Source: Nitrospinales bacterium
GTDB lineage: Bacteria; Nitrospinota; Nitrospinia; Nitrospinales; VA-1
Assembly: GCA_047610985.1 (NCBI GenBank)
Contig: JBLFWU010000008.1
Coordinates: forward strand, 7,025 to 71,024
Length of the DNA: 64,000 bases
Direction of reading: 5' to 3'
Position 1 is the first letter of the stretch. Every line of letters begins with the position of its first letter. Positions 37,011 through 47,421 of this stretch are shown piece by piece. A program made the translations under genes and the position numbers. The notes under the pieces are model-generated. The model saw only the letters and a program-made list of their open reading frames with translations, ran no database searches and was not told the DNA's origin.

Positions 37011-37619
37011 ATGGATTTATTAGAATATGAGACCAAAGCGGTTACTAAAGGTTATGTGAATATTGCCGGAGTCGATGAAGCAGGGCGCGGACCTCTTGCA
37101 GGCCCTGTGGTTGCTGCTGCTGTGATCTTTCCTGCCAAGATCAATATTGCCGGCCTGGACGATTCGAAAAAGCTTTCTCCCAAAAAACGTGAAGAACTGT
37201 ATCCGCAAATTCAAGCCGTGGCTATTGCTTATGGTGTGGCCATCGTCAGTCGGGAAGTGATCGATGAGATCAACATCTTGCAAGCGTCTCGGTTGGCTAT
37301 GAAAAAAGCTGTAGAACAGTTGCAGCCGGTTCCGGATCTGTTACTCATCGATGGTAATCAGAAAATAGACTCTAATTTAGATCAGTGGGCAATTGTGAAA
37401 GGCGACTCCAAAAGCTTGTCTATCGCCGCCGCTTCTGTTCTTGCTAAAGTCACTCGTGATCGGATTATGGAAGATTATCATAATCTTTATCCGCAATATG
37501 AGTTTCATCGCCATAAGGGTTATGGAACAAAATTGCACCGATCTCTCATTGAAGAGCACGGCCCTTGCCCTATTCATCGCAGTACTTTTAAGGGTGTTTC
37601 TGAGTTTATAAACCAATAA
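37011..37619 (+). CDS. rnhB: Ribonuclease HII
   Basis: GVDEAGRGPLAGPVV active-site motif and DSKKLS; ATG at 37011. Confidence 0.9.
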   Translation: MDLLEYETKAVTKGYVNIAGVDEAGRGPLAGPVVAAAVIFPAKINIAGLDDSKKLSPKKREELYPQIQAVAIAYGVAIVSREVIDEINILQASRLAMKKAVEQLQPVPDLLLIDGNQKIDSNLDQWAIVKGDSKSLSIAAASVLAKVTRDRIMEDYHNLYPQYEFHRHKGYGTKLHRSLIEEHGPCPIHRSTFKGVSEFINQ

Positions 37620-37626
37620 ATTATTT

Positions 37627-39363
37627 ATGCTTTCATTTTTAAAGAAAAAATGGTGCCTCGCTGAGGTTTATCACGATAAAGCTTTGGCTTTAGGCAAAGA
37701 ACTTAATATCCCAGCAACCGTTGCGGTGTTGCTGATCAACCGCGGTGTTATGACCGCGGAAGAGGCAAGACTTTATCTGCAGTCGGACCTGTCGCAGTTG
37801 CACGATCCCTTCTTGATGGCGGGTATGGATGCGGCCGTGAAGCGGGTGATTCGTGCCATTGAGAATGAAGAATCAATCACCTTATTTTGTGATTATGATG
37901 TCGATGGGGTGACCTCAGCGGCTTTCCTGACACATTTTTTCCGCGACCTCGATTGCCCAGTCACAGCCTATCTTCCAGAACGACAAGCGGAAGGGTATGG
38001 ACTCAATTCAGATGCGGTTCGAAAAATACGAGAGCAAGGCGCCAGTCTAATGATCACTGCCGACTGCGGTATCACGGGGGTCAAAGAGGTGGCTCTGGCA
38101 AATGAGATTGGATTGGATGTGATTGTCACCGATCATCATCAGGTCGGGGAAGAAGGTTTGCCGCAGGCGGTGGCGGTGTTGAATCCGCACCGGGAAGAAT
38201 GTGATTACCCTTTTCGTTTTTTAAGCGGTGTGGGGCTGGCTTTTAAATTAGCTCTTGGCGTTCGTAGTGGATTGCATACTGCAGGAAGGAAGAAGGAGGA
38301 TCTGCCCAACATGAAACGTCATCTGGATTTATTTGCTCTAGGAACCATTGCTGATGTTGCGCCTCTAACTGGTGAAAACCATATTCTGACCCGGCATGGA
38401 TTGGAAGTTTTATCGACCTCCGCCAAACCGGGTTTGGTAGCGTTAAAAGAAGTGTCGGGAATTGTAGGAAACGTGGATGCGCGCTCGGTAGGGTTTGGTC
38501 TTGGTCCACGCCTCAATGCCGCGGGGCGATTGGGCAAGGCAGATAGTGGGTTGCATTTGCTAACCGCAACAGATCTTAGTACAGCGATGACCTTGGCTAA
38601 GGAACTCGAGAAAACAAATCAGGAAAGAAAAGAAATTCAGGAAGAAACTTTTCTGGAAGCAGAATCCTTGTTGCGTAACGAAAGAGATCTTGAAAATGAG
38701 AGAGTGATTGTGTTGGCGTCAGAAATTTTTCATCCTGGAGTCATCGGTATAGCCGCTTCAAAAATAGTCGATATATACCACCGTCCCACGGTGTTGATTG
38801 CTTTGGAAGAAGGTAAAGGGAAAGGGTCTGGTCGTAGTATCCTGAAGTTTAATTTGTTTAAAGCTTTTACGAATTGTTCTTCTCATCTCATACAATTTGG
38901 CGGCCATGCCTATGCCGCAGGACTAAGCATAGAAGAAGAAAATGTCGATGCCTTCCGTGACGCTATGAATGAAGTGGGGCAACGGTTTTTGACGGACGAG
39001 GATTTGATCCCAGAAATAAAACTAGATACAATTCTTGATCTATCGCAAATCGATTTTCCATTCTATAAAAGCATTGCTTTGCTTGAGCCTTTTGGTGCTG
39101 AAAACCCCGTTCCGTCTTTCCAGTCAAAGGGTGTGAAAATCAAAGAGCTAAAGCATATGGGAAAAGAAAAAAACCATATACGTTTTCGTGCGGTTCAGGG
39201 GAGTGGGCAAATTGGGGTGATTGCTTTCAATTTTGCCAGCCTGTTTGAGTCACTTGATACTGCCAATGAAGTTTTCGATATTGCTTACGAGCTTCACCTA
39301 AACTCCTGGAACGGTCGCGAAAAACTGGAGTTGAGATTATTGGATATAAAGGCTTCGGAGTGA
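37627..39363 (+). CDS. recJ: Single-stranded-DNA-specific exonuclease RecJ
   Basis: DHH motifs (CDYDVDGVTS, ITADCG, VTDHH), DHHA1 region (GGHAYAAG), 578 aa. Confidence 0.9.
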   Translation: MLSFLKKKWCLAEVYHDKALALGKELNIPATVAVLLINRGVMTAEEARLYLQSDLSQLHDPFLMAGMDAAVKRVIRAIENEESITLFCDYDVDGVTSAAFLTHFFRDLDCPVTAYLPERQAEGYGLNSDAVRKIREQGASLMITADCGITGVKEVALANEIGLDVIVTDHHQVGEEGLPQAVAVLNPHREECDYPFRFLSGVGLAFKLALGVRSGLHTAGRKKEDLPNMKRHLDLFALGTIADVAPLTGENHILTRHGLEVLSTSAKPGLVALKEVSGIVGNVDARSVGFGLGPRLNAAGRLGKADSGLHLLTATDLSTAMTLAKELEKTNQERKEIQEETFLEAESLLRNERDLENERVIVLASEIFHPGVIGIAASKIVDIYHRPTVLIALEEGKGKGSGRSILKFNLFKAFTNCSSHLIQFGGHAYAAGLSIEEENVDAFRDAMNEVGQRFLTDEDLIPEIKLDTILDLSQIDFPFYKSIALLEPFGAENPVPSFQSKGVKIKELKHMGKEKNHIRFRAVQGSGQIGVIAFNFASLFESLDTANEVFDIAYELHLNSWNGREKLELRLLDIKASE

Positions 39364-39372
39364 TGTTGTTTC

Positions 39373-41949
39373 TCATTCAACCCTTACAGCTTCTTTGGGG
39401 TTTAGTTGTTGTGCGAGACGAGCGGGGTAGAGTCCCGCCAGAATAGAGACTCCCCATGAAAAGGCGACCAGCAGAGTAATGAAGAAATAGGGGAAGTGGA
39501 TCTGGATCGTCCAGCCGAAGGATTGCTTATTAATAACAAAAATTAAAATATAGGAAACGATCACGCCAGCTATCAAACCCATTGCCGAACCTATAAGTCC
39601 TAAAATTCCTGCCTCGATCAATACCATGCGTTTAATTTGATGGGTGAACGCTCCGATAAACCTTAAAATTCCTATTTCCCTTTTCCGTTCTAGAATAAGT
39701 GAGACAAGGGTATTGAACAGCCCGAGCACTGCTACCAGAATGGCAATGATCTCCAAGGAGTAGGTAATCGCGAAAGTTTTGTCGAATACTTCCAATACCT
39801 GTTGTTTGAGTTCAGTATTAGAGCGAATGATAAGCCGATGTTCGCTGAGTATGTTTAAAACCTCTTTTCGAACTTCATTCAATCGAGATTTGTCAGAAAG
39901 ATAAATAACAAAACTGTTGATTTCATTTTCATTGAAATATTTCAAAAAGGTGGTGCGGTCGAGGATGATGTATCCACGTTCGCGGGAGTAATCGAAATAA
40001 ATAGCGGTAATTTTTAAGTTCGCAGGTCCATTTGGGGTTTTTAAGTTCAGTGTGTCACCTACGTTAACCTTGTGTTTGAGGGAAAAGGCCTCTGAAACAA
40101 TCGCTCGGTTGTTGTTGACCATATGCTGAGCGAGCTCACTTGCTGGCGGGCCAGATTTAATAACCAGATTTCCATATTGTGATAAGACGGAGAAATCTCC
40201 TGTGGCAAGCACGACGGGTAGGTTGTTATAAGAAATATCCATGGCGCGGAACTGATCAATATCTGCGATCCCGGTAATCGCTTTTAGTTTTTTGATGGGT
40301 TCGGAAGGCAGGGTATGTTGGTAGTCGATATCACGGCCGCCTGCAACGCGAACAAATAAGTCGGCTCTTAATGTCTGATCGATCCAGACAATCACGGTTT
40401 GCCGAAAGCTGTGAACCATGATGGACATGCTGATGACCATCATAAAAGCAATGGCCAATGATGAAACGGCTAACGCATTCCTACCTACATTTTGGGAGAG
40501 GTTCATGCAAGCCAGTAGTCCTTCGCCTCCTAGTATGTTTTTGAAAAAACTGTGAAATCGGTTGCGCGTCCAAAGCAATGCTGCTGGCGACAGCATTGAC
40601 AATCCCAGAATGATAAGGAAAACAGAAAAGAATCCAAAATAAGGAAACTGCTTTATAGGTGGAAGCTGTGTGCAGAATCCTGCGAGTAGAAAAACAACCA
40701 CCGCAGAATAATTTAACTGTCGACTGCCACGGAAGAGTTTTAAGTCGTAACTGCCGCGCCGCATGACGGTTGTAGGTGGTGTCGTGGCAGCATCCCAGGC
40801 GGGAATCAATGCCGAAACGAAAGACAGCCCGACTCCCAATAGGAAATAAGGACCCATCTGCTGCCAGTGGAAATCTACTTCTGTGACGTAGCTGGGTGCG
40901 TATAGATTGTTGACAGTCAGAGAAACAGCATCTAGTGAAAATTGCGCGAAATAATATCCCAGTCCGATTCCTAAAATAGACCCTGCGGCACCTATTATTC
41001 CGGCTTCGAGAAAAAATATAAGTGCTATCAAGGTAGGTGTTGCACCGAGCGCACGCAATGTTCCTATCTCGACCCGCCGCCGCACGACCGAGAGCGCGAT
41101 CATATTGTAGATCAGGTATAGAGCAACGAGTAAGGCAACGAAGCTTAGAGCGGTGAGGTTGTATTGAAATGCCTTTAACATTTTTTCGACTTGTTGATTT
41201 TTACGTTGTGGACGTTCCACCAGAAGATGTTCGGGCAATAGGGCGGAAATCTTTTTTTGCATGACATCAAATTTCAATGGATGTAGGAACTGGATATCGA
41301 TGCGGTCGAGTCGGCCTATTTTATCGAACACCTTTTGCGCAGCAGCAATGTCCATCAGGGCAAAGTTTCCGTTCAAGGCTTTGGCTATGCCCTCGTCTTC
41401 AAGTATGGCGTTGATGTTGAGTATTTTCTCTTTCCCGTTTATCAGAAACTGCAAAGTACTGCCTGTATCGAACTGGACTCCTGGAATAAATTTTTCTGGC
41501 AGGATCATTCCGGCGGGGTCCATGATGAGAGGTAATAATCCTTTCAGACCCTTTTCTATTGTTTTGAGAGAAAAATCTCGAATGCCGCTGTCTTGCAAAA
41601 GGTCGGTGCCGATGATTTCTACAACCTCGCCGCTGGTAGACTCGACTCCATAACCCTCAATAACCGGATAGGCCTTGATTTCCTTCCTCAAGGCGTGAAG
41701 TTTTTCAAGATGAGTTTCATCAAAGTCTATGCCTTCAACCCGGATGACGGCATCTGCGCGCCCGAGAACCAGATCAACGCTTTCGGTAAATGACATCATG
41801 GTTTGCTGATTGGCCAGTTGAATACTGAGAAAAACCGCGACACCGACAGCCACTCCAAAAATTGTGATAGTGGTGCGAAATGGATCGCGTATAAGCGGAC
41901 GCAAAATGAGGGCTATAAATAGATCTTTGAAGTAGTAAAGAAAGCTCAC
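39373..41949 (-). CDS. ABC transporter permease with two FtsX-type domains (MacB/LolE-like, fused)
   Basis: The 858-aa protein is a duplicated unit of four TM helices plus a large extracytoplasmic domain. Its start overlaps the stop of the upstream ABC ATPase by 4 nt. Confidence 0.8.
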   Translation of the reverse strand: MSFLYYFKDLFIALILRPLIRDPFRTTITIFGVAVGVAVFLSIQLANQQTMMSFTESVDLVLGRADAVIRVEGIDFDETHLEKLHALRKEIKAYPVIEGYGVESTSGEVVEIIGTDLLQDSGIRDFSLKTIEKGLKGLLPLIMDPAGMILPEKFIPGVQFDTGSTLQFLINGKEKILNINAILEDEGIAKALNGNFALMDIAAAQKVFDKIGRLDRIDIQFLHPLKFDVMQKKISALLPEHLLVERPQRKNQQVEKMLKAFQYNLTALSFVALLVALYLIYNMIALSVVRRRVEIGTLRALGATPTLIALIFFLEAGIIGAAGSILGIGLGYYFAQFSLDAVSLTVNNLYAPSYVTEVDFHWQQMGPYFLLGVGLSFVSALIPAWDAATTPPTTVMRRGSYDLKLFRGSRQLNYSAVVVFLLAGFCTQLPPIKQFPYFGFFSVFLIILGLSMLSPAALLWTRNRFHSFFKNILGGEGLLACMNLSQNVGRNALAVSSLAIAFMMVISMSIMVHSFRQTVIVWIDQTLRADLFVRVAGGRDIDYQHTLPSEPIKKLKAITGIADIDQFRAMDISYNNLPVVLATGDFSVLSQYGNLVIKSGPPASELAQHMVNNNRAIVSEAFSLKHKVNVGDTLNLKTPNGPANLKITAIYFDYSRERGYIILDRTTFLKYFNENEINSFVIYLSDKSRLNEVRKEVLNILSEHRLIIRSNTELKQQVLEVFDKTFAITYSLEIIAILVAVLGLFNTLVSLILERKREIGILRFIGAFTHQIKRMVLIEAGILGLIGSAMGLIAGVIVSYILIFVINKQSFGWTIQIHFPYFFITLLVAFSWGVSILAGLYPARLAQQLNPKEAVRVE

Positions 41950-42623
41950 GTTGAAATGGGGGTTAGTTTGCCATCGCGAATTTCAAAATGTTTGTTACCG
42001 CAGGCTGCTATTTGGGGATTATGGGTGACGAGGATGACGGTTGTTTTAAAATCAGATGCGGCACGTTGCATCAACTCAATAATTTTTTTTCCGTTTTCTG
42101 AATCAAGGTTTCCTGTAGGTTCATCCGCTAAAAGGATCACGGGTTGGTGCACTAACGCTCGGGCGATGGCGACGCGTTGCATTTCACCGCCTGATAGTTC
42201 TGCGGGGAAAGATTGGGCGCGATTCCAGAGTCCGACATATTCCAGAAGTGTTTGCACTCGATTGCCTTGTGTTTTCGAAGAATGTGCTAGAAGAAGCGGG
42301 AGTTCTACATTTTCCTGAATTGTCAGGGTGGGCATCAGATTGAAAAACTGGAAAACGAAGCCAATTTCTTTTCTTCGTAATAATGTCAGATCGTGATCAG
42401 AAAGTTCAGATACCTTTCGGCCTTGTAAAAAAATTTGCCCATGGTCGGGCAGGTCTAGCCCCGCAAGCAGGTTCAGTAAAGTGGTTTTTCCACCGCCACT
42501 GGGGCCCATGATGGTGACAAAGTCTCCGGCTTCGAAACTCAGATTCACACCCTGCAATGCTGTTACAGATGCTGCTCCACTTTGGTAGGATTTATAGACA
42601 TCAATAAACTGGATAATCGCCAT
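41946..42623 (-). CDS. ABC transporter ATP-binding protein (LolD/MacB-type)
   Basis: Walker A GPSGGGKTT, signature LSGGEMQRVAIARAL, Walker B LLADEPTGNLD. Confidence 0.9.
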   Translation of the reverse strand: MAIIQFIDVYKSYQSGAASVTALQGVNLSFEAGDFVTIMGPSGGGKTTLLNLLAGLDLPDHGQIFLQGRKVSELSDHDLTLLRRKEIGFVFQFFNLMPTLTIQENVELPLLLAHSSKTQGNRVQTLLEYVGLWNRAQSFPAELSGGEMQRVAIARALVHQPVILLADEPTGNLDSENGKKIIELMQRAASDFKTTVILVTHNPQIAACGNKHFEIRDGKLTPIST

Positions 42624-42739
42624 GGCTGGATTTCATTAAGTGATAAAAATGTGCCGTTGAACCTTACCGCAGATTATAATAAGGATGTGGGTTTTTGTTT
42701 AATAATTAATTGACGGATTTTATTGTCAGGAATTGAAGA

Positions 42740-43921
42740 ATGGCTATTTCAGAAAAAGTGAGTGGATTTATGGAAAAGTCTTCCTGGATCAGGAAGATGT
42801 TTGAAGAGGGGATTCTCCTTAAAGAGCAGTTTGGTGAAGAAAATGTTTTTGACCTTTCATTGGGCAATCCGGTCATCGAACCCCCGGATGAAGTGCAGGC
42901 AGCTCTGGTACAGGCCGCAAAAGATACTTCCCCAGGACTTCACCGCTATATGCCGAACGCAGGGCTTCAGGATGTGAGGGAAGCAATAGCGAAAACACTT
43001 TCTAAAGAATGTCAGGTGCCGTTAACGGCAAATGATTTGGTGATGGTCTGTGGTGCTGCTGGTGGATTGAACATCACTCTCAAGACCCTACTTGATAGTG
43101 GTGATGAAGTCCTGATTTTTGCTCCCTATTTTGTTGAGTATCTTTTCTATGCTGATAATCATGGTGGTAAAGCAGTAGCGGTGAAAACGCATGATAACTT
43201 CACTCTAGATATGGATGCTTTAAAAGGAGCTCTTAATGATAAAACCAAGGCGGTAATTGTCAATTCGCCTAACAACCCTACCGGCGTGGTTTATTCGCGT
43301 GAAGAACTGAAACAATTAGCTAAAATATTGAAAGCGCATTCTGAAAAAACCGGGAAAGCGGTTTATTTGATTTCAGACGATCCTTATAAAAAAATAACTT
43401 TTGATGGGGTGGAGGTTGTGAACATCCTTGAACTTTATGAGAATAGCATTTATATCACCTCGCACTCGAAGGACATTGCTTTACCTGGAGAGAGAATCGG
43501 GTTTGTAGCGGTACACCCGAAATGTGAAGATGCTGGCAATCTGATAGCAGGATTGATTTTTTCGAATCGGGTATTGGGGTTCGTGAATGCCCCGGCTTTA
43601 ATCCAACGTGTGGTTAAAAATGTTCAAGGGGTGACGGTGGATGTGGAGCAGTACAAAAAAAAGCGCGACTATTTATATGGAGAACTGACTCGTATTGGTT
43701 ATCAGGTAGTGAAACCGCAAGGCGCGTTTTATTTTTTCCCAAAATCACCGCTAGCAGATGAAATTGAGTTTGTAAAAAAACTGGCAGAGAAAAGGGTGCT
43801 GGTGGTTCCTGGCCGTGGATTTGGTTGTCCCGGCTATTTCCGTATCTCCTATTGCCTTCCGGATTCTGTAATAGAAGGCTCCATCGCTGGATTCGAGTCA
43901 ACCTTTAACAGTTGCCATTAA
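42740..43921 (+). CDS. Class I/II pyridoxal-phosphate-dependent aminotransferase (aspartate/alanine-type)
   Basis: NSPNNPTG and PLP-lysine region SHSKDIALPGERIG; 393 aa. Confidence 0.85.
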   Translation: MAISEKVSGFMEKSSWIRKMFEEGILLKEQFGEENVFDLSLGNPVIEPPDEVQAALVQAAKDTSPGLHRYMPNAGLQDVREAIAKTLSKECQVPLTANDLVMVCGAAGGLNITLKTLLDSGDEVLIFAPYFVEYLFYADNHGGKAVAVKTHDNFTLDMDALKGALNDKTKAVIVNSPNNPTGVVYSREELKQLAKILKAHSEKTGKAVYLISDDPYKKITFDGVEVVNILELYENSIYITSHSKDIALPGERIGFVAVHPKCEDAGNLIAGLIFSNRVLGFVNAPALIQRVVKNVQGVTVDVEQYKKKRDYLYGELTRIGYQVVKPQGAFYFFPKSPLADEIEFVKKLAEKRVLVVPGRGFGCPGYFRISYCLPDSVIEGSIAGFESTFNSCH

Positions 43922-44100
43922 GGAAAGCCAGTAGGTTTCTTGGCAGGGGAGGCAATACTTGGCGAATCTGGAGTAAAAGGCTTGACGAGACCTATTTTCG
44001 TTTTTGGGAATAGACTTGTTGCCCCCCACGGCGAGTGGGTGATAAAATAGAGTCAATATATACAAATAGAAGTTAATCGTTTTTTACAGGAATATCAGTT

Positions 44101-45255
44101 ATGGCTTTAACTACAGATCAGATCAATCGTTACAGTCGGCATTTGTTGTTGCCAGAAGTAGGGGTTGAAGGACAGGAAAAAATTTGTAATGCGAAAGTTC
44201 TATTGATTGGCACCGGGGGGCTGGGTTCTCCGCTGGCATTGTACTTAGCCGCTGCGGGAGTCGGAACTTTAGGGTTGATTGATTTCGATGTGGTGGATTT
44301 GAGCAACCTGCAAAGGCAGGTGATCCATGGTGAATCAACTGTGGGAAAGCTAAAGGTTGATTCTGCAAAGGACCGAATTGCTGATATCAATTCGAGCATT
44401 GATGTCAAAACATATAATTTGAGATTGTCGTCTGAAAATGCAATGGATATTTTTAAGGACTACGACATCATCATTGATGGCACTGATAATTTTCCGACAC
44501 GCTATCTTGCGAGCGATGCCTGTGTGCTGTTGAAAAAACCTTATATCTACGGATGTATATTGAGATTTGAAGGTCAGGCTTCGGTATTCGATTCCAGAGT
44601 CGGCCCTTGTTATCGATGTTTGTTCCCCGAGCCACCGCCACCTGGATTGGTGCCGAGTTGTGCAGAGGGCGGTGTTTTGGGAATTCTTCCCGGAATTGTA
44701 GGTCTCCTTCAAGCCAATGAAGCGGTGAAATTGATTCTTGGAAAAGGGGACTCCTTGGTAGGTCGTTTGCTTTTGTTCGATGCTTTGGGCATGAAGTTCA
44801 GGGAAATGAAACTCAGGAAGGATAAGGATTGTCCTATTTGTGGTGATAACCCGACCATAAAAGAATTAATCGACTATGAAGAATTCTGCGGCATTGTTCC
44901 AGTTCAGGCCTCTCCAGAGGACGATGAAATGGAAATTGGTGTTGAGCAGGTTAAGCAGATGCTGGACAACAAGCAGGCATTTAGGCTGATTGATGTGCGG
45001 GAAACCACAGAGTACGATATTTGTAAAATTGCCGGGGCGATTTTGATTCCACTTGGAGATATAGAAGCAAAAGATCCGGCAAAACTTCATGGCTTGAGAC
45101 CCGATGAAGAAATTGTTCTGCATTGTAAGGCCGGCGTACGTTCTATGAAGGCTGCCAAGGCACTACAGGAAATGGGGTTCAAAAATCTGAAAAGCATGCG
45201 TGGCGGTATCAATGAATGGTCAGAAAAGATCGATTCTTCTGTCCCTCTTTATTAA
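44101..45255 (+). CDS. ThiF/MoeB-family adenylyltransferase fused to a rhodanese domain (MoeZ/MoeBR-like sulfur-carrier-activating E1)
   Basis: RYSRHLLLPEVG, nucleotide loop IGTGGLGSP, two CxxC pairs (CYRC, CPIC), and a C-terminal rhodanese active-site loop HCKAGVRS. Confidence 0.85.
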   Translation: MALTTDQINRYSRHLLLPEVGVEGQEKICNAKVLLIGTGGLGSPLALYLAAAGVGTLGLIDFDVVDLSNLQRQVIHGESTVGKLKVDSAKDRIADINSSIDVKTYNLRLSSENAMDIFKDYDIIIDGTDNFPTRYLASDACVLLKKPYIYGCILRFEGQASVFDSRVGPCYRCLFPEPPPPGLVPSCAEGGVLGILPGIVGLLQANEAVKLILGKGDSLVGRLLLFDALGMKFREMKLRKDKDCPICGDNPTIKELIDYEEFCGIVPVQASPEDDEMEIGVEQVKQMLDNKQAFRLIDVRETTEYDICKIAGAILIPLGDIEAKDPAKLHGLRPDEEIVLHCKAGVRSMKAAKALQEMGFKNLKSMRGGINEWSEKIDSSVPLY

Positions 45256-45272
45256 CAGTCGGAACTCTTAAA

Positions 45273-46061
45273 TTGTCCTCTTTGAAAAACCGAAAAGTAA
45301 TTGTAACCGGTGCCGCCGATGGTATTGGCAAGGCTCTTGCCTTGGCCTTCGCAAAAGAAGGGGCGCAGGTTGCAGGTTGCTCACGTGGCACCGAACGGCT
45401 GGATTCTCTTGCAAAAGAGATAGAGGGTTCGGGTCATGTTTTTTTCGCTGCTGATCTTTCTACGGCCGAGGGTGTTCGTGCATTTTTTGATAAGGTGCAA
45501 GAGGCCTTTGGTGGGATAGATGTTCTTGTTAATAATGTAGGTGCGATTTTAAAGCTTGGAAACTTTTTTGAAGTCTCAGATGAAGATTGGGAAAATTCGT
45601 TTCAGATCAATCTCATGTCGGCGGTTCGTCTCTGCCGATTGAGTATTCCCGCGTTACGAAAATCTTCTTGCCCACGGATTATTAATATATCTTCCGTCGC
45701 TGCGTCCCACCCACAGGAGATATTCCCGCATTACAATGCGATGAAAGCAGGACTCTCGAACCTGACAGTTTCGCTTGCGCAAACCCTGGCAGAAGATGGT
45801 ATTTGCGTCAACACGATCTCTCCTGGTCCTGTATGGAGTCGATCGTGGGAACAGGAAGCCGAGGTACAAGGTAATGGGCCATCTTTTGAGCAGACTAAAA
45901 AAAATATTATGGAACAGACAGGTAAATCCATTCCCTTGAAAAGAATGGGAATGCCGGAAGATCTAACCGGGCTGGCTCTGTTCCTTGCTTCCGAACAATC
46001 CTCATGGATCACTGCAACAAACTTCACAGTTGACGGCGGATTAACGCGGAACCCTTTCTAA
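45273..46061 (+). CDS. Short-chain dehydrogenase/reductase
   Basis: VTGAADGIGKA, NNVG and YNAMKAG (YxxxK). The start is probably TTG 45273 or 45282, because the ORF-track ATG at 45216 would overlap the preceding gene. Confidence 0.8.
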   Translation: MSSLKNRKVIVTGAADGIGKALALAFAKEGAQVAGCSRGTERLDSLAKEIEGSGHVFFAADLSTAEGVRAFFDKVQEAFGGIDVLVNNVGAILKLGNFFEVSDEDWENSFQINLMSAVRLCRLSIPALRKSSCPRIINISSVAASHPQEIFPHYNAMKAGLSNLTVSLAQTLAEDGICVNTISPGPVWSRSWEQEAEVQGNGPSFEQTKKNIMEQTGKSIPLKRMGMPEDLTGLALFLASEQSSWITATNFTVDGGLTRNPF

Positions 46062-47392
46062 TGTTAGCTACTCTGCATTCTTCAAAATACTTTTTTACTC
46101 CAAAGCGTTGGTTACACCTTTTATTTTTGGTGACAATACTTTGCATTGCAAACCAGGGTTGTTCGGTTTCTCAAACAGCACAGCAGGCTAATAAAGTACT
46201 CGTCAATAAAGAGGATCCTATATTTGACAAGCGCTTTCAGGATATTTCCATTGAAGATATCGACCTGCAAAACTTTTGGACTAGGTTGGATGATGTTGAG
46301 GAAAGTAATGACAGAGACCCCATCTCTATAGACAATCAGACCTTTGCTCGTATTTCGCAATCCGTCAAATCGGCGGTGGTCAATATCTACACGGTAAGGC
46401 TGGAAGAAAAAGACGCGAATATTGGAATAGATCCCAATAGTTTATTGCCATTTAATATCCCCATTGTCTCCAGCATTCTTGATTTTGTACCTTTTCAGGT
46501 TCCCGTCCCATTTAATTCGGAAGGACTCAGTCTGGGGTCCGGATTTCTAATTAATCAGCAGGGATATATTCTTACTAATGCTCATGTTATTTCTAACGCA
46601 GTTGATATTCGTGTGGTTCTGTCGGAAGAGAAAAAAGAATATCCTGCACAAATTATAGGCATTGATCGGTTGTCGGACACGGCGCTGATAAAAATCGATC
46701 CGGATTTTCTTCCCAATGTTCTTCCTTTTGGTGATTCGGATGCGTTGCAAATGGGAGAAGTTGTTTTAGCAATGGGGAATCCATTAGGGTTTCAACATTC
46801 TGTCACATCAGGATTAATCAGTGCCAAGGAGAGAACTTCACCACACCCCAAAGATCGATTTGTTAATTACTTGCAAACCGATTCGGCTATCAATCCGGGA
46901 AGTAGTGGAGGTCCGTTAATAAACCTGCATGGGGAAGTTGTTGGAATCAATACTGCGATCATTCAGCAAGCTCAATTGATCGGTTTTGCTATCCCCATAA
47001 ATGCAGTGAAAGAAGTCATGGGTATGCTGATTATTGGCGAAGAGGAGCGAGGATGGTTTGGCGCCAGTGCAACACCTATTTCCAATGAAGAAGCTGCCGA
47101 GTTAGAATTTGAAAGTTCTGACGGGCTTATAGTAAAGAGCGTGGAGAAAGGAAGCCCTGCAGAGGCTTCAGGGCTGAAGGAAAAAGATATCATTGTTGAG
47201 TTTAACCATAATCCTATTGACAATTTTGTTATCTTTCGTCGCAAACTATTAGCCTTGGCTCCGGGACAAGCGATCAATTTGAAAATATTTCGCGATGGAA
47301 AAACTTTTGAAGTGACGAGCACGCTTATTAAAAAACCGACAGAAACAGAAAAAAACGAAGAAACGTTTAGCGAAGATGCTCCTTCCTCCTGA
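46061..47392 (+). CDS. HtrA/DegP-like trypsin-family serine protease with one PDZ domain
   Basis: Catalytic triad contexts TNAHVI, DTALIKI, GSSGGPLIN; PDZ-like GSPAEASGLKEKDIIVEFN. Its start overlaps the upstream stop (TAATG). Confidence 0.8.
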   Translation: MLATLHSSKYFFTPKRWLHLLFLVTILCIANQGCSVSQTAQQANKVLVNKEDPIFDKRFQDISIEDIDLQNFWTRLDDVEESNDRDPISIDNQTFARISQSVKSAVVNIYTVRLEEKDANIGIDPNSLLPFNIPIVSSILDFVPFQVPVPFNSEGLSLGSGFLINQQGYILTNAHVISNAVDIRVVLSEEKKEYPAQIIGIDRLSDTALIKIDPDFLPNVLPFGDSDALQMGEVVLAMGNPLGFQHSVTSGLISAKERTSPHPKDRFVNYLQTDSAINPGSSGGPLINLHGEVVGINTAIIQQAQLIGFAIPINAVKEVMGMLIIGEEERGWFGASATPISNEEAAELEFESSDGLIVKSVEKGSPAEASGLKEKDIIVEFNHNPIDNFVIFRRKLLALAPGQAINLKIFRDGKTFEVTSTLIKKPTETEKNEETFSEDAPSS

Positions 47393-47421
47393 ATAAAATT
47401 TTTTAACGGATAAAAATATTT

